Positions 61,293-64,000 of a stretch of 64,000 bases of DNA are shown piece after piece (the stretch's first letter is position 1; each line of letters opens with the position of its first letter). The translations under genes were made by a program, and so were the position numbers. The notes beneath the pieces were generated by a model, which was not told the origin of the DNA, made no database searches, and saw only the letters and a program-made list of their open reading frames with translations. Source of the stretch: Pseudomonadota bacterium (lineage in GTDB: Bacteria; Desulfobacterota; Desulfobacteria; Desulfobacterales; RPRI01). The DNA lies in assembly GCA_043825875.1 (NCBI GenBank), contig JBDRRF010000045.1, forward strand, positions 10,668 through 74,667, read 5' to 3'.

Positions 61293-62873
61293 AAAGCCCC
61301 CTTCAGGGTTATTTTGTTATTACAATTTGTTATGGATTTTTACATCCCTGCCTTTTTTTCGAAAAGTGGTTTCCATAATTATTTCATATTATCCCCAAGC
61401 AATGTTAATGGAATTATGAAATTTAATAACGGAATTTGTATATGTGGTTATTATCTCAAGATGATACTTACAGTCAAGAATCATACATGGAAATCAGATG
61501 GCTATCCGTTTTTCTTTAGTTCGTTGATACGTTGGCCATTAGGTATATACTATATAAAGATAATCAGAACGATTAAGACTTAAATCATAAAGTATTTCTG
61601 TTTGAAAGGTAGGGAATTTGCCAAAATTGCCGTATGCTTTGTTTTAGTCAACTATCAATAAAAAAGCCACATTACTTTCAATAAAAAAAAGTATCTGCAA
61701 AATACGGCAAATACTATCCCAAGGATCTCATATAAAGTCTCTAAGATTTTTTATTGTAAACAAAACTTGCACAGATAATGATTTCTTCAGATATCTTTCC
61801 ATAACCACATGATATCAGCAAACCAGAAAACCTATGATAATTCTGTACTATACGTAACAATGTTTTTTGGGGGGAATTTCACCGGCGGGCTATAAAATCT
61901 TCACTTTGTTGATAAAGTCCCTAAATATACATAACAACAACGGGAATAAAGAGTAGACGACTTTAACAGATTATATGAAGGATAAACTGAATACGAGTTT
62001 GCTTCTAACGGTTTTAACGGTTTGTTTGTGCTGCTTTGAATTTTTATCACTGCTTTTTCTGTTATGCAGGAAAATAAAGGGATGTGGTGTTGGACAGGAT
62101 AGTGGAAAAGAATGGGATTAATTGTGGGACGGTATACTGGAAGGCACAGCGATTATTTGTTGGACGGTATACTGGTATAACATTTATATAATACTATACT
62201 ATTACTATATTGTGCTGTACATTCTATCTTTAAGTTTAATCCAGAACCCCGTATCCCACTATCCAAACATAACCGTATTTAATCCTTTTTCCATCCTTTC
62301 TCTGTTCGCTATCATAGTTTGAAAAACGAAAAGGACTGGATACTGGAACAATATCCAATCTGTTTTCCGACACCGGTTTCCTAAAGCTATTCGTTAATAT
62401 GAGGGTTTACTGCCTATAATAACGGCCATTTTCCGGTTGTTTTATGGGGGTTTTGTTCTTACAAGATTTTGGTTTAGGGATATGCTGTTTGTAGGAGATT
62501 GCATAGAGGGATGGGATAGTGATTGTGTTATAGATGAGGATGTTACTGCTATACTATTACAATCTAACTGCGATAGGAGAATGTCCGTATTTATGGTTCT
62601 GTGGGTGGCAGACTCACACACTTTTCCTTTTATTGTTCAGAAATACTTTTTTAGGACAAAAATTGTTATCTACGGCGCGCTTTCTTTCTTATCAAGTTGA
62701 ATGGATGAGAAGAAATACAAATAACCGAGGGTAGTGTTAAGCCAGCCACGGTGTAAGATACTGAAAAGGCCAGTACTGTATATAATGTTGTAAGATACCG
62801 GAATACTGGTACGATAAAAGTTCCTATTTTAGGATTTTCGATAATAAACAGGAAAAAGATAACCAGAAGCTGC

Positions 62874-63308
62874 CTAAACAAAGTCTATTGTTAAATCGAT
62901 ATATTTTTTTAAATCTGAACTGATCTTTTTGGACCACATCGTTGCGGTACCACAAAAAGGTAGCAAAATTGCTCCGCTCAAAATGGTTATTATTGCAAGA
63001 GAAGTAGTGTTATTTATCCATTTTCCTTCTCCTATCTCAATTTGAAAGTCATCAGGAGATCCATCAATCCGAACCGAGAAAGCTCTTGTTGAAGCAGTTA
63101 TAATTCTCCAAAGATTTTGCTTTGTTGCCTGAACAAGCCATTTTGTTTCGGCTTGAAGTTTTTGTGTGGTAAATTCTTTCTCCTTGAACCATTTCTCAAT
63201 GTTAGCTGCCAACACATCCAAATCCGCATTCTTCCCTTCATAATGTATTAAGATCGGGTCTGCCTGTTTTTTAATATAAGTTTTCATTTTATCTATTTTT
63301 GCTTTCAT
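62874..63308 (-). CDS. Hypothetical protein with C-terminal hydrophobic segment
   Basis: GAGG RBS; 144 aa; hydrophobic SLAIITILSGAILLPF. Confidence 0.6.
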   Translation of the reverse strand: MKAKIDKMKTYIKKQADPILIHYEGKNADLDVLAANIEKWFKEKEFTTQKLQAETKWLVQATKQNLWRIITASTRAFSVRIDGSPDDFQIEIGEGKWINNTTSLAIITILSGAILLPFCGTATMWSKKISSDLKKYIDLTIDFV

Positions 63309-64000
63309 ACACTTTTACCTCAAATGCAATCTGAAAATGGTAAGAATTTGCTATTCATATATTGATATATCGCATTAATCGGCTTGCATGTCAACTTTAA
63401 GCAGGCACTTTATCAGGGTAACCGCATTTGGATTTTACTTATACTTTAATTAGATTAAGTTGTTATTGTTGGGCTCGTTTAAAATCGGAAAACACCACTT
63501 TCGTCATTCAGGTGAAAGCCTGGCACGAAGTGACACGTAGTGAAGCGTAAGCGTCAACCAGTAATTTAAATGCGGTTACCCTGGGCATAGGAGTGTGCTG
63601 TTGTTTTTCGAGAGACCGACCGTAAGTTATCAAATACTATTATCTAATCCTTCTCTGACCTTGTACCCCGTCTCTTCTCTATGACCCCGTAAACTATCAT
63701 TTTTGATTATTGCACTTCGTCGCATCAGGTTGATAAAAAACAAGGCAGGTGCAGAAAAATATAAAGGCCACCGGTGCAGGATACCGGGAACACAGGAATA
63801 CTAATCGTTTTCGGATTTAGTCTCTTCCTTACCCTCATGCATAAACTCATAGGCAATAAACAGCGCTATCACAGCGAGAATGAGCCACCATAAGTTAATT
63901 GCAACCCACAGCAGAGATACGAGCACCACAAATGCGCCCACAGCCAATAATATAAATTTAATAAATTTCATGAGATGTCTCCTTAATTTTAATTTTGAAA

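Noticed and set aside
355..62881. Numerous 60-170 aa ORFs overlapping longer genes or lying in the 61-63 kb tract
   Set aside because: Shadow or alternate-frame ORFs with no recognisable motifs.
63800..63971. Small minus-strand membrane-protein gene with AAGGAG RBS
   Set aside because: It stops after 33 codons and needs a frameshift to continue; cannot be supported without homologues.

Overview
A 64-kb accessory region of a bacterial genome with no rRNA, tRNA or CRISPR array visible. (1) 1-5.4 kb: a TPR-CHAT caspase-like protease convergent with an ECF sigma / zinc anti-sigma pair. (2) 5.5-12.5 kb: a minus-strand backbone resembling a mobile element, with a small DNA-binding protein, a Rep-like gene next to iteron-like repeats, a MerR-type HTH, ArdC, a putative ssDNA-annealing protein and RadC. 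(3) 12.6-18 kb: cargo and decay, including a PLD-nuclease fragment, a CapRel-like RelA/SpoT protein, an SH3-DNase I-like nuclease, a GHKL ATPase pseudogene, and an IS200/IS605 tnpA element nested in an IS3 remnant. (4) 18.5-57 kb: an AT-rich, tightly coupled run of 18 plus-strand genes. It opens with a second ECF/anti-sigma pair and encodes a 2554-aa putative beta-propeller membrane protein, a RavA/MoxR AAA+ ATPase, a vWA protein, a tubulin/FtsZ-like GTPase, an atypical Hsp70 with a GrpE-like partner, and an RHS/YD protein ending in a caspase/CHAT-like domain. This is the best candidate for an undescribed system. (5) 57-64 kb: an IS5 pseudogene, a TIR-domain gene and hypothetical genes. All family calls come from reading motifs by eye; no searches were run.
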